This document shows, in pieces, positions 1 to 10,424 of a stretch of DNA of 64,000 nucleotides; position 1 is the stretch's first letter, and each line of letters opens with the position of its first letter. The translations under genes were made by a program, and so were the position numbers. The stretch spans positions 44,462 to 108,461 of the forward strand of contig JBBRPR010000025.1 in assembly GCA_038227875.1 (NCBI GenBank), given 5' to 3'. Under the pieces are notes generated by a model. The model was not told where the DNA came from. It worked only from the letters and a program-made list of their open reading frames with translations, and did not search any database. The stretch is from Planctomycetota bacterium (GTDB lineage: Bacteria > Planctomycetota > SZUA-567 > H5-PLA8).

Positions 1-1081
1 AGCGTGTGGGAACTTTGAGGTGCTGCGGCGGGCGGGCGGGTTCGTTCAGCAGGAGTGCAGCGCGGCGGCCGATTTCTTCGAAATCCACGCGGGGGCCGGG
101 CAGGGCGGGGTAGGGTGCGTGAATGCCCTGAAACGTCGCGACGTAGAGATTGCGCAGACGCTCCTTTCCCAGCGCGCCGGATTGGATCAACAGACGCGCG
201 CCTCGGACGATCAGCGCCGCGATTGTACATTGGACGGTGAGGATCGCGGTGTACGGCGGAGTAGTTTCGAGCAGGCGGCGGATGGTGACGCTCTGGGGAC
301 CATCGGACGGGAATGAATTGTAGATGCATTGCTGTCCGGCCTTCAGACCGGCGGCGGCCATGCCGCGCAGAAAACCAATCTGGCGCTCCTTGGAATCCGG
401 ATCGATCTTGCGCGTCGTAAAATGGACGTACTGCACGAAGGCAATGCGCTGGTGGCCGAGTGCGGCCAGATGCAGTACAGCGTCGTGCGCGGCCTGCCTG
501 TTATCGACACTGACGGAGTGAATCGCCCAGCCTTCGGCGGGGCTGTCGCACATGACGATGGGCAGACGGAGCTTTTCGTAGCGCTTGAGCGTGGCAGCGA
601 GGAAACGTCCGTAAAGCAGAATGCCACGCGGCGAGAGCCGGGGCAGGTGATGCGGGAGATGCGTCTGCAACTCCCGGTCGTGGACGATCAGCAGCGGTGC
701 GTAGAGTTTTCCCACTCCGGCCGTCATGCCGGTTTGCAGGTCGACGAAGTCGGCATTTCCCATCGCATCGGCTAGCGGTTCGGTGACGAGCTCCAGGATC
801 AGATTGCCGTCGACGTCGAGACTGCGCTTGGGATTGCGCGCAGTGAGACGGCGCTGAGCGGTGAGCGTAAGCCAGCCGTCCTGCTTGAGCGTGTCGATGG
901 CCAGTGCGGCGGTGCGCTTGCCGACGCGGAACTCTTCGGCCAATTTGCGCAGCGACGGTAGCAGCTTTCCTCCCGCAAAGGATCCTGCGGCAATTTTGCG
1001 CTGCAGCTCCGCGGCGATGCGCCGGTAGAGCGCGTCGGAATTTGGCGGACGGCCGGGGCCTCGGGCGGACGGGGCTTTCAT
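1..1081 (-). CDS. GntR-family wHTH regulator with LacI-type sugar-binding domain (3' end runs off the window)
   Basis: Absent from the ORF track. Manual translation from the ATG at 1081 gives MKAPSARGPGRPPNSDALYRRIAAELQRKIAAGSFAGGKLLPSLRKLAEEFRVGKRTAALAIDTLKQDGWL (GntR wHTH), then HSVSVDNRQAAHDAVLHLAALGHQRIAF (LacI-type effector domain). The frame stays open to base 1. Confidence 0.88.
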   Translation of the reverse strand, partial: MKAPSARGPGRPPNSDALYRRIAAELQRKIAAGSFAGGKLLPSLRKLAEEFRVGKRTAALAIDTLKQDGWLTLTAQRRLTARNPKRSLDVDGNLILELVTEPLADAMGNADFVDLQTGMTAGVGKLYAPLLIVHDRELQTHLPHHLPRLSPRGILLYGRFLAATLKRYEKLRLPIVMCDSPAEGWAIHSVSVDNRQAAHDAVLHLAALGHQRIAFVQYVHFTTRKIDPDSKERQIGFLRGMAAAGLKAGQQCIYNSFPSDGPQSVTIRRLLETTPPYTAILTVQCTIAALIVRGARLLIQSGALGKERLRNLYVATFQGIHAPYPALPGPRVDFEEIGRRAALLLNEPARPPQHLKVPTR

Positions 1082-1231
1082 TTCTGAAGCGTATCCGCGC
1101 GATGGTTTCGGGCAACGTATTTAAGGGGACAATAATTATCCGAGAGTGGAGCCCAGTGAGTTTCATGGATCACTTCGGTGTAGTCACGGGTACGCTGTGC
1201 TGATACGAGCGCGATAAAGGATGGGCTGAGC

Positions 1232-4200
1232 ATGAAGCGAACTTCGAACGAAAATTCCATATTGCTACTGGCGCTGAGTCTGCTTTTGGCGGCCAACGCC
1301 ACTGCGGCAGCGAGTGACGCCGCCGGAGATGCGGCTGCGGCGAAAAGCATTCTCGACGCTGCCAAAGTCAACACGGGACTGTGTGTGCATCTGGGTTGCG
1401 GACGCGCGGACTCGCCGGGATTGACAGCGGCGCTGGCGGAATCCAGCGAGATGGTTGTGCACGGTCTGGCGCTCGACGATGCGGCGGTGACGGCCTCCCG
1501 CAAAGCAATCGAAGAGCGCGGCGTTCCGGGACGCGCGATGGTGGAGAAGCTGAGCGACAAAGCGCTGCCGTATGTTTCCGATCTGGTGCGGCTGGTAGTT
1601 GTCGAAGACCTGGCCGCGGTGACGGCGGCGGGGATCACGCGCGAGGAAATTCTTCGCGTGACGTGTCCCGGCGGGTCGCTGTGCGTCCGCGAAAGCGGGA
1701 AGTGGAACGTCACCGTGAAGCCCCGACTGAAAGAGATGGACGAGTGGACGCATCCACACCATGGGGCCGATGAGAATTTGGTCTCCAACGACAAGGCGTT
1801 TACATTTCCGATCAACTTGCGCTGGCTCGATGGTGTGCCAACCAACCGCGGCGGTTTTGGCGAATGCGCGGCGTGCCGGGCGGTGGTGGTTGGCGGCGGC
1901 CGCTGTATTACGGTGAGCATGGAAGACTTGAAGAACATCACCAACGCCAAGCCTACGGCGTACGTAATGGCGCGAGACGCCTATAGCGGCATTCCACTGT
2001 GGAAGCTCAATTGCGAAGGCTCGTACAGCAAAGTCGAGCTGGACTGGCGGAACGTCTGGCCGATCGTCGTCAACGACACGACGGTGTTCACGGCGCGCAA
2101 CAGCGAAGTGATTTTTATCAACGCGGCGTCGGGCAAGGTGGAGACCACATGCGCGACGAAATATCAGCCACGGAGACTTTTGCTCCTGGAGAAGACGCTC
2201 GTCGCCGCGTGCTGGGAGAAGACGGAGGATTCTCACGAAAAAGATGGCTTCGAAAACGATGGCATTCGCGCGGTGTGGTGGCCGGCGGGCAGCGGCAGCG
2301 TCGAGGCCTTTGATCCGGAAACGGGAAAGCCGAAGTGGTCTCTGCCGATCACGGCCGTCACCATCGCTGCGTCCGACGGCACGGTGTATCTGCTGACGCA
2401 AAAGGGAAATCCGCCGACCGAGCGCGATCTGATCGCGGTCGATCTGGCCACCGGCAAGGAAAAGTGGCGCATGCCCTACACGGCATTCGGCGAAGAGCCA
2501 GACACGATCTTGAGCTTCGCGGGGCCGTCGTGCGTGGTGGTGTCGAAATCGAAGGCCAAGGACAAGCACGGCGTGTTTGTGCTGGCAGCGGCCGACGGAA
2601 AAGTGATGTTCAATGTTCCCAACACGGCCGCGCGCTGCATCGTGAACGGGGAACTCTGGTGCACCGATGGCCGCTACGATCTCAAGACCGGCAAGAAGAC
2701 GCCCGGCCCGGGTCTGGGTGGCGTCTACGCAGGCACCAACGTGATCGGCGGTTGCGTTCCGCCGATCGTGGTGGGCAACAAGTACATCACCGGCTCGCGC
2801 GGCTGTGCGTACACTCAACTGGCTGAAAACCCGGAGAAGCCGTCGACGCGACTGACCTACACCGGCGCGCGTGGCGCGTGCATTCAAGGCATGGTGCCGG
2901 CCAACGGCATGTTCTACACGGCTCAGAATAATTGCGCGTGCGTGGGGGCTCAGGTGCCCGGGTTCCTTGGCATTGGACCCAGTGTTGACGCGCCGAAGCC
3001 CGAAGAGTTCGAGAAAAAGCGCCCGGTCGAAAAGGGACCGGCGTTCGGTGCGTCCGCGGCGCCGCTTTCGGCCGACGAGTGGCCGATGTACCGCCAGAAC
3101 ACGGCGCGCAGCGGTGGGTTTTCCTCGAGCATTCCCGACGTCTTGAAAATCCTTTGGACGTCGCCGTGCGTCAAGCCGCCGGAAGGACATCTAGCCGATG
3201 CGTGGGATACGCGCATCGGCACGCCACAGCCACTGACAGCGCCGATCGTGTGCGGCGGCATGGTCATCGTTGCCGGGCTGAACTCCGGGCAGGTCATGGC
3301 ACTCAATCCAGATTCGGGCTCGAAGTTGTGGACGTCGTCGCTCGGCAGTCGCATCGATTCGCCACCGACGTACTTCAACGGCCTGCTGCTGGTCGGATGT
3401 CACGACGGCTGGGCCTACGCGCTGCGCTCCAAGGATGGCGTGCAGGCGTACCGCGTGCGGATCGCGCCCATCGAGCGGCGATTGGTCGATCACGGTCTGG
3501 TGGAATCAGTCTGGCCGGCGACGGGCGCGGTGCTGGTCCATGAGGGCGTGGCCTTCGCCACGGCGGGGCGTTCGACCGAAGCGGATGGCGGCATTGCCAT
3601 TGTGGCTTTCAAGCCGGAGAGTGGTGAAATGGTCTGGGCCAAGTCGATGGGCACGGGGAAGGGGATGCTCAATGACATTCTCTCCGTTCAAAACGGAGAA
3701 CTGGTCTGGCATTGGATGCGCCTGGATCCCAAGACCGGCGAGCCGCTGACGCCAGCTCAAAAATTCTACAGCCATGGCTCGATGATCGACGGTTCCTGGA
3801 CGGTGGGTTTTGGCCAGCGCAGTGGTGGCGGGTTTTCTCTGGGCCGCGTCAACAGCGGCATGATGGCGTGGAACGATCAATTGGTGGTCACGTCGCAGTT
3901 CGCCGTTCCGCGAGCGAAAGCTGACGCGCCGAAACCTTTGCCGACTGCCGCTCCCAAGCATCCCGATGGATTCAAAGCTGAAGAGCTAGCGTGGCGGTTT
4001 GAGCTGGAGCCGCACATCGAATGGGCGCGCGTGTACGCCATGGCGCTGACGAGCAACACGGCGCTTTACGCCGGAGCAGTGTTCAACGGCTGGGCGAACG
4101 GCAAATACGACGGCAGCTTTCTGTGGATCAAGTCGACCGTCGACGGCAAATCGCGCCAGGCCCCGTTGCCGCTGGATGCGCCAATCTGCTACGACGGCCT

Positions 4201-4267
4201 GGCCGTGGCCGGCGGAAAGGTGTTTATGGCGCTGCAGAATGGGACGGTGGTGTGCTTGGGGAAGTGA
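1232..4267 (+). CDS. Secreted PQQ/BamB-like beta-propeller repeat protein with N-terminal methyltransferase-like domain
   Basis: Signal peptide; GLCVHLGCG Rossmann-like motif; DEWTHPHHG and DEWPMYRQNTARSG propeller starts; repeated AFDPETGKPKW/AVDLATGKEKW-type PQQ motifs. Confidence 0.8.
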   Translation: MKRTSNENSILLLALSLLLAANATAAASDAAGDAAAAKSILDAAKVNTGLCVHLGCGRADSPGLTAALAESSEMVVHGLALDDAAVTASRKAIEERGVPGRAMVEKLSDKALPYVSDLVRLVVVEDLAAVTAAGITREEILRVTCPGGSLCVRESGKWNVTVKPRLKEMDEWTHPHHGADENLVSNDKAFTFPINLRWLDGVPTNRGGFGECAACRAVVVGGGRCITVSMEDLKNITNAKPTAYVMARDAYSGIPLWKLNCEGSYSKVELDWRNVWPIVVNDTTVFTARNSEVIFINAASGKVETTCATKYQPRRLLLLEKTLVAACWEKTEDSHEKDGFENDGIRAVWWPAGSGSVEAFDPETGKPKWSLPITAVTIAASDGTVYLLTQKGNPPTERDLIAVDLATGKEKWRMPYTAFGEEPDTILSFAGPSCVVVSKSKAKDKHGVFVLAAADGKVMFNVPNTAARCIVNGELWCTDGRYDLKTGKKTPGPGLGGVYAGTNVIGGCVPPIVVGNKYITGSRGCAYTQLAENPEKPSTRLTYTGARGACIQGMVPANGMFYTAQNNCACVGAQVPGFLGIGPSVDAPKPEEFEKKRPVEKGPAFGASAAPLSADEWPMYRQNTARSGGFSSSIPDVLKILWTSPCVKPPEGHLADAWDTRIGTPQPLTAPIVCGGMVIVAGLNSGQVMALNPDSGSKLWTSSLGSRIDSPPTYFNGLLLVGCHDGWAYALRSKDGVQAYRVRIAPIERRLVDHGLVESVWPATGAVLVHEGVAFATAGRSTEADGGIAIVAFKPESGEMVWAKSMGTGKGMLNDILSVQNGELVWHWMRLDPKTGEPLTPAQKFYSHGSMIDGSWTVGFGQRSGGGFSLGRVNSGMMAWNDQLVVTSQFAVPRAKADAPKPLPTAAPKHPDGFKAEELAWRFELEPHIEWARVYAMALTSNTALYAGAVFNGWANGKYDGSFLWIKSTVDGKSRQAPLPLDAPICYDGLAVAGGKVFMALQNGTVVCLGK

Positions 4268-4279
4268 AGCATGCAGTGT

Positions 4280-6154
4280 TTATTTGTAAGTTGCCGCCAC
4301 CTTAAAATCGAGCGGCTCGGACTTCATGATTAATTTGCCGTCCGCTCTGATTTCCCGCTTGAGGGCGTTCATAAACGGTAGCGAGAGAGAATGCCAGACT
4401 TGCACGATCTCGACTAATTTCCCATCTGCATTCAGGACCTCGTACTCCTCCCATGTACAATCCACTTCGCGTCCGCCGATAGGCTGGAGACTGCGACCTC
4501 TGGATTTGAGCCTCTGGGTTTGCCCGTCCTCCAGATAGACTCCCCCGAAGACGATAGCCTTGGTGAACGTCTCGGAGCTTTTTTTCGAATGGCCATTTAT
4601 CGTTGCAGTCGTTTCCACGGAAATTTCGTCGCTGGTTAATTTTGTCACTACGTAGCGTAGCTGTACCGAATTCGCCAGCGTCCCTTCGTAATAGGTTTCC
4701 TTGGAGGAAAACCAATCGCCCACTTGAATTTTATCCGGCGGCCCAAGTTCTTCGCGGTTCGAAGCACATTGTAGATGCGGCAGCGCGGCTTTGGCGATAA
4801 ACCATGAACCCATACGGTTGTTCAGCATATCATTGTCCAGGATTTTGCCATGATTCGTGTCGCTCGCTTCCACGGCGAACATGCCGTTGTCGTGAATCCG
4901 GTTTCCGCTGAGGTCCGCGCCGCTTTCATCCATCAATTCGATGCCGCTGAATAAATTTCCATAGATTTCATTGTTAGTCAGGGTGGCAAATCCATGCCCT
5001 TTCAACAGCACGCCGCGATTATTGCTATTGCCATGAATTTTGCAGTTTTTCACATCGGCCTTGCCGTCCTCCATCACGCAAAATGCGAATCCATTGTCGA
5101 AAATTTCACAGCCATCTACTTTGATATTGCCCGTCTGGATTACGCACACGCCGTTTTCTTTGTTATTGTGAATCCGGCATCGCGCCATGTCTGCATTGCC
5201 CGTAATGCACAGACCGACATTCCTGCACTCAAGGACTTCGTTGTCCTCTATCCGGCAAATACCTGAACCGTGAGCGCAAATGCCCTTGAAGGAACCTTTA
5301 ATAGTATTGCCAGTAACGACAGCCACTGCCGTTGAGTTTACGGTAATTCCTGCGTATTCATTTTCCGAGTTTGTCACGGAATTCCTTTCGTAAATGCCGC
5401 TGGCTGATTGGTCGACAAAGATCCCGGAATTGCCGCTGTTGAGAATTTTATTTCCGCGCACCGTGGGATTTGCCGTACCGTTCACCATAATGCCAAAGGC
5501 CTTATTTTCCGCGATTGAATTGTTTTCGATCAATAGTTTATCACCTGAATGATCGATTGTAATGCCGTCGTTCAAATTGGCATTGATTTGCGAATCGTGA
5601 ATCTCAATTGATCCCACAGAGTTGATGGTCAGACCGGCCTTGGTATTGGCGGAGATGTCGCAGTGCTCCCCATAAAGCCCGCCAAACACGGAAATTCCAC
5701 TGGCCTTGCATTCGATCAAATGGCAGTTCTTAAGTCGTGCAGTGGCTGTGGTGGAAATTAGAAGTCCATTTCCGCCGGCGCTGCTGAGCGTACAATCCTC
5801 GGCCGTCAATGTGCCCAATCGGACATCCATACAATCGAAAGGTGACGTGGAGGTCTCGCGGACGACGAGGTGTTCCAGAGTGACGTCCGACGCCACGATA
5901 ACGCACGTTCCCGAATGCTTCACGACAACTTCCCCTTCCGGATTTCCTTTTAAAGTGAGAATTTTGTCGATTTTGAGTTCTTCGTTATAGGTGCCTGTCT
6001 TGATCAGGATTGTATCCCCGGACTTGGCCGCTTCCATTGCTGCATCAATCGTCGCATAGTCGCCACTGCCTCCGGCATCCACGGTCCAGGTGCGCGGACC
6101 GCCGCATCCGTCGAGCAGCAGAAGAAGGCTAAGTGTAAGAAATGCATTTCGCAT
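4280..6154 (-). CDS. Right-handed parallel beta-helix repeat protein, probable lipoprotein
   Basis: LLLLLDGC lipobox-like; GDYATIDAAMEAAKSGDTILIKTGTYNE cap; many N-x-I-x-x-N-x-x-x-GI repeats; visibly AT-richer than neighbours. Confidence 0.8.
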   Translation of the reverse strand: MRNAFLTLSLLLLLDGCGGPRTWTVDAGGSGDYATIDAAMEAAKSGDTILIKTGTYNEELKIDKILTLKGNPEGEVVVKHSGTCVIVASDVTLEHLVVRETSTSPFDCMDVRLGTLTAEDCTLSSAGGNGLLISTTATARLKNCHLIECKASGISVFGGLYGEHCDISANTKAGLTINSVGSIEIHDSQINANLNDGITIDHSGDKLLIENNSIAENKAFGIMVNGTANPTVRGNKILNSGNSGIFVDQSASGIYERNSVTNSENEYAGITVNSTAVAVVTGNTIKGSFKGICAHGSGICRIEDNEVLECRNVGLCITGNADMARCRIHNNKENGVCVIQTGNIKVDGCEIFDNGFAFCVMEDGKADVKNCKIHGNSNNRGVLLKGHGFATLTNNEIYGNLFSGIELMDESGADLSGNRIHDNGMFAVEASDTNHGKILDNDMLNNRMGSWFIAKAALPHLQCASNREELGPPDKIQVGDWFSSKETYYEGTLANSVQLRYVVTKLTSDEISVETTATINGHSKKSSETFTKAIVFGGVYLEDGQTQRLKSRGRSLQPIGGREVDCTWEEYEVLNADGKLVEIVQVWHSLSLPFMNALKREIRADGKLIMKSEPLDFKVAATYK

Positions 6155-6418
6155 TCAATTTCCCCAGTGGGTAAAAGGACATCAAAATGATAACAAGCCG
6201 GCCGGAAAGCGTTGGGGATAAAAAATCGAGACGGCGTAGCCCGGACGCGCTGTGACACCCCGTAGAACCATTCACGCCCAATACTCAGCATGTAAAATAG
6301 TCTGAAAATGACATCCATTAGTCCATCTTTGTCATCCGAAATCCCATGAACTAGAGTGTATGCTGCACCAGCAGATTGTAGCGGTGGTCGGAGATTGACA
6401 TTAGTGGAGGGCTTTCCT

Positions 6419-9346
6419 GTGCGCTTCGGCAGAATCCTGTGCATGGTCGCGTTCGTGTCCGCAACGGGCTCCTGGGCGGCGGATCTCCGGGACGTGACGC
6501 CGGTCACGGACACCATCCTGATGGTCCACTTCAACGAAGGCCACATCGATCAGGCACTCAACGAGAAGGACGCCAAGCCGTACATTTCCAAGCTGGACGT
6601 CAAAGCCGCCGTCATCGCCGAGAATTACAGCATCTCGAGTGAAGACGATCCGCGCTTCAAGTCGGAACAACATCCCACCAAGCTCGGTCGCAAGGCCAAG
6701 GCTGTCGACACGCTCTCTTTATTCCGGCCAGAAAAATTCGTGCTCGACCATTGGATCTACCTGACGCTGCCGCAGGCGCTCCAGCACGGCTGCACATACA
6801 CACTGCGCGTCGAAAACCTGGCGAGCAACGCGCCGGCGTTTACGTTTCTATTTCTCGAAAACAGCCTCCACTCCGAAACGATTCACGTTAATCAAATTGG
6901 ATTCACGCCTGACGGACCCAAGTACGCGTACCTGTCGCACTGGATGGGCGACCTGGGCGGCGTGAATCTCGACGCGTACACCGGCAAGCCGTTTCACGTG
7001 ATTCGCGTCGGCGATGGTGCGACGGTCTTCAGCGGGAACGTGGCCAAGCGCAAGGACCTGAAAACGGGCGCGCCGCAGACGTCGGCGCCGGTGGACGGGA
7101 CGCCGTTCAGTCCCATCAAGAAGGCCAACGTGCCCAGCAATTTCACCGAAGCGGATGTCAGTGAGTGCGATTTCTCCGCGTTCAAAACGCCCGGCAATTA
7201 CCGCGTGGCGGTGGAAGGAATGGGCTGCTCGTTCACGTTCGCGATCGACGAGGACGTCTACCGCAAAGCCTACTACGTGGCCAGCCGCGGACTCTTTTTT
7301 CAGCGCGCCGGCATCGAAAAGGAAATCGAACCCGGCATGAACTATCCGCGCGATCATCATCCCGACGACGGCATCAACACCTTTGAGTACGACAAGAACT
7401 GGCGCTGGATCGACAAGCCCGACCACGGCAACAAGATCACCCCGACAGGCACGCTGAAAGTTTGGGGCTGGTACCACGACGCTGGTGACTGGGACGGCTA
7501 CCCCGGCCACGTCAACGTGCCGATGTGTCTGCTGATGCTTTACGATCTGGCCGGCGAGAAATTCGCCGATGGCCAGGTTTCCAACCGCTACAAATCGAAC
7601 ACGGACAAATCCTGGATTGACGAAGGCAAGAACGGCATCCCCGACGAACTGGACGAAGCCAGTTGGCTGATCCAATACTACAAGCGGGCGCGCGCAGTTG
7701 GCCTGAAATCCGGCGTGACGACGGGCGGAGTTCCCGGCGGCTACAGCGGCGTCGATTCCTGCGCCGGAGACGCGTCGTGGAAGGACACCCGCGCGCTGAT
7801 GTTCTCGGCCGAAGATCCGGCGACAACGTATCAATACGCCGCCGTCGCCGCGTGGCTGGCGGCCTGCCTGGACAAGGCGGCCGGCGGTTCGAGCCCCGAC
7901 AGTGCGGAGTGGATCAAGGAAGCGAAGGAATCGTACGCGTGGTCCAAGGCCAACATGCGCGCCGGGGACGAAGACAAAGTGATCCGTCAGCGCGCGCTGG
8001 CCGCGCTGTGCCTCTTCCGCGCAACCAAGGACGCCGCGTACCACGAGCAGTTTGCGGCCGACATGCAAAAAGACGTGTCGTTTCAACAGGGTGCCGACGG
8101 CTGGTACGGTCCGGAGAACTGGGAATACGCGGCCGCCATTTACGCGCTGCTGCCCGCCAGTTTTCCCGGCGTAAACGCGGAGCTCCAGAAAACATTCCGC
8201 ACCAAGGTGCTCGACGCAACGGAGAAGAAATACATCAAGACGGCCGCGGACCGCGGATACCGCCTGGGCTTTGACTGGTTCAAGATGCACCAGCTCGGCA
8301 CGTTCAGTACGCCGATCCTTTTCGAGCCGGCGATGGCGTACAAACTGACGCGGGAAAAGAAATATCTGGACGTGATGCAGACCACCGCGTCGTACTGTCT
8401 CGGCGGCAATCCCATGAACATGGTCTGGATGACGGGACTGGGCCAGCGTTCGGTGAAATCTCCGTTCCACCCCGATTCGTGGGCTCTGTTTCGTTTCAAC
8501 AGTATGGTCTACGACAATGAGTTCCTCCCAGGCTACGTGCCCTATGGCAGCACGGACGTCGATTTCTTCGGCCCGGGGTTCCACTTCTCCGGCAGTGAAA
8601 ATTACAGCCGTTCGTCGGCCTACCCCGCGGTGGAAACGTGGCCGCTCAGCGAGACGCGTTTCGAAAACCGGTACAGCATCGCCGCCGGTGAATTCACCAT
8701 CACGCAGAATATGGCGCCGTCCATTTTCGCCTACGGATTCCTCTGCGCCAACGCTGCGGCGATGAAGTCGCCCGCGTCAATCACGCGTCCGGGCGTCGCG
8801 ATGGAATTTCCCAAAGACGCAGCCGTTTTCAAAGCTGGCGGCGATGTGGCGCTGCGCGTCAAAACCACCGCAAACGTCGACCACGTGGAATACTTTTACA
8901 ACGAGCACTACATCGGCACCGCCGACGCGCCGCCCTTCGCGCTCACCTGGCACGCCGCGCCGCAGGGCGAATGGCTGATCACCGCCAAAGCTTTCGACAG
9001 CGCCGGCAAAGTGTCGAAGCCCAACGATCCGGCCTTCAAGGTCGACGTAAAAATCCGCGTCGACGCAGCCGCACCGGCGGTTGCGGTGGAGAAAGCGGAA
9101 ATTCTGAACGCGCCCAAGAATGCGCTGATCGCCAACACCGAATGGAATCTGGTAGCGTCCGTCCTGCCGCTCACGGCGTCCAATCAGGCCGCCGTGTGGT
9201 CGTCGAGCGACGCCGCGATCGCGTCTGTCAACAGTCAGGGGGTGGTTGTCGCGAAAGCCCCCGGCAAAGCGACGATCACGCTCAAAACCACCGACGGCGG
9301 TCGCACGAGCGAATGTCAGATTCAGGTTGCATCGGCCAAGCCTTGA
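6419..9346 (+). CDS. Glycoside hydrolase family 9 with N-terminal Ig-like (CelD_N) and C-terminal Ig-like domains
   Basis: IHVNQIGF, YHDAGDWD catalytic DAGD motif, NGIPDELDEASW, YCLGGNP, C-terminal EFTITQN, Big_2-like VWSSSDAAIASVNSQGVV. GTG start after GGAGG chosen. Confidence 0.85.
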   Translation: MRFGRILCMVAFVSATGSWAADLRDVTPVTDTILMVHFNEGHIDQALNEKDAKPYISKLDVKAAVIAENYSISSEDDPRFKSEQHPTKLGRKAKAVDTLSLFRPEKFVLDHWIYLTLPQALQHGCTYTLRVENLASNAPAFTFLFLENSLHSETIHVNQIGFTPDGPKYAYLSHWMGDLGGVNLDAYTGKPFHVIRVGDGATVFSGNVAKRKDLKTGAPQTSAPVDGTPFSPIKKANVPSNFTEADVSECDFSAFKTPGNYRVAVEGMGCSFTFAIDEDVYRKAYYVASRGLFFQRAGIEKEIEPGMNYPRDHHPDDGINTFEYDKNWRWIDKPDHGNKITPTGTLKVWGWYHDAGDWDGYPGHVNVPMCLLMLYDLAGEKFADGQVSNRYKSNTDKSWIDEGKNGIPDELDEASWLIQYYKRARAVGLKSGVTTGGVPGGYSGVDSCAGDASWKDTRALMFSAEDPATTYQYAAVAAWLAACLDKAAGGSSPDSAEWIKEAKESYAWSKANMRAGDEDKVIRQRALAALCLFRATKDAAYHEQFAADMQKDVSFQQGADGWYGPENWEYAAAIYALLPASFPGVNAELQKTFRTKVLDATEKKYIKTAADRGYRLGFDWFKMHQLGTFSTPILFEPAMAYKLTREKKYLDVMQTTASYCLGGNPMNMVWMTGLGQRSVKSPFHPDSWALFRFNSMVYDNEFLPGYVPYGSTDVDFFGPGFHFSGSENYSRSSAYPAVETWPLSETRFENRYSIAAGEFTITQNMAPSIFAYGFLCANAAAMKSPASITRPGVAMEFPKDAAVFKAGGDVALRVKTTANVDHVEYFYNEHYIGTADAPPFALTWHAAPQGEWLITAKAFDSAGKVSKPNDPAFKVDVKIRVDAAAPAVAVEKAEILNAPKNALIANTEWNLVASVLPLTASNQAAVWSSSDAAIASVNSQGVVVAKAPGKATITLKTTDGGRTSECQIQVASAKP

Positions 9347-10249
9347 TCAACCTTTAAATTGCTTCCGCCAGAATTGGGGCGGCAAGCCCGCGTACGCTTT
9401 GAACGATTTTGAGAACGCGAACGCATCGGAGAAGCCCAGCGCACAGGCGATCACTTCCACCGTGCGATCGCCTTCGCGGAGCCAGACGCTGGCCTGTTCC
9501 ATTTTGCGCCAACGCAGGTGCTCTGCGGGCGTGACGTCGAACCGTGCGCGGTAAGCGCGGCTCAGGTAATCGGGATTCAAATCCAGCGCGGCCGCCAATT
9601 CGCCCAGCGACGTGTAGCGCTGGAATTGCTCCTCGATCAATTCGCGGCAATGGTCGGCGTGAGCATCGCTGCGCGACCGCGCGGGCAGATCGAGCGTCTG
9701 GTCACCCGCGACGATATTCAAGAGCGCCTGAAAATAATGCAGCGCTGCAACCCGGTCTGTCTCGGACCAGGACGGCGCATGTTGAATCACGTCTTCCAAG
9801 TCACGCTCGATTTCCCGTCGCCGGCGAACTTTCAGCAGCGTGGGGCTTGGACCGCCAAGGGCCTGCCAGAACCGGTCGAACGCGGTTCCGTTGGCGTGAG
9901 CGATCGCGAGTTCGAGATCCCCTTTGGGTTCGACCCAGAAGCGGTAGCGGGTATCGGGCGGCACTGCGATGAACTGCGCGGGACCCACAGTTACCGCACG
10001 TTCGCCGCCCGGTGCGCCATGCTCAAGACGACAGGTACCGCGGTAGACGTACAGCAGTACCGTCGCGTGAATCTGGCTGAAGTAGATGCCTGTATCGCGT
10101 ACCCATCGCTCGCGTGCGATGCGCTGGATGATCAGATCCCCTGACTCGGTCTGGAGCGGCTGCGACGACGCGCGGTGCACCAGGACTTTCAGCGGTCCGG
10201 CGTCGAAAAGACGGGAAGTTCCCATGGGCGCATGGTCGTCTATTGACAT
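9347..10249 (-). CDS. AraC family transcriptional regulator
   Basis: C-terminal IACALGFSDAFAFSKSFKAYAGLPP signature with a cupin-like N-terminus. Start uncertain (ORF extends to 10315). Stop abuts the GH9 stop. Confidence 0.88.
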   Translation of the reverse strand: MSIDDHAPMGTSRLFDAGPLKVLVHRASSQPLQTESGDLIIQRIARERWVRDTGIYFSQIHATVLLYVYRGTCRLEHGAPGGERAVTVGPAQFIAVPPDTRYRFWVEPKGDLELAIAHANGTAFDRFWQALGGPSPTLLKVRRRREIERDLEDVIQHAPSWSETDRVAALHYFQALLNIVAGDQTLDLPARSRSDAHADHCRELIEEQFQRYTSLGELAAALDLNPDYLSRAYRARFDVTPAEHLRWRKMEQASVWLREGDRTVEVIACALGFSDAFAFSKSFKAYAGLPPQFWRKQFKG

Positions 10250-10424
10250 GCCGGAGTCAATGACTGTGCAGGATTCGCGCGCTGATCCAATCGACAAATC
10301 CCAGAGCAGACGCAAGTATAAGTTGGGGCGGCCGTTCTATAAATATTGCGGCGCTATTGCCGGATTTGCTGTATACAAAAATCTAGGTGGCCTTCCCTGT
10401 TTAGTTGAATGAGAAAGGTAGCAG

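Noticed and set aside
1265..3190. Long antisense ORFs (also 6848..8584, 44278..45441, 48487..49785, 61889..63439 and others)
   Set aside because: Shadow frames of well-supported genes in high-GC DNA, with no recognisable motifs
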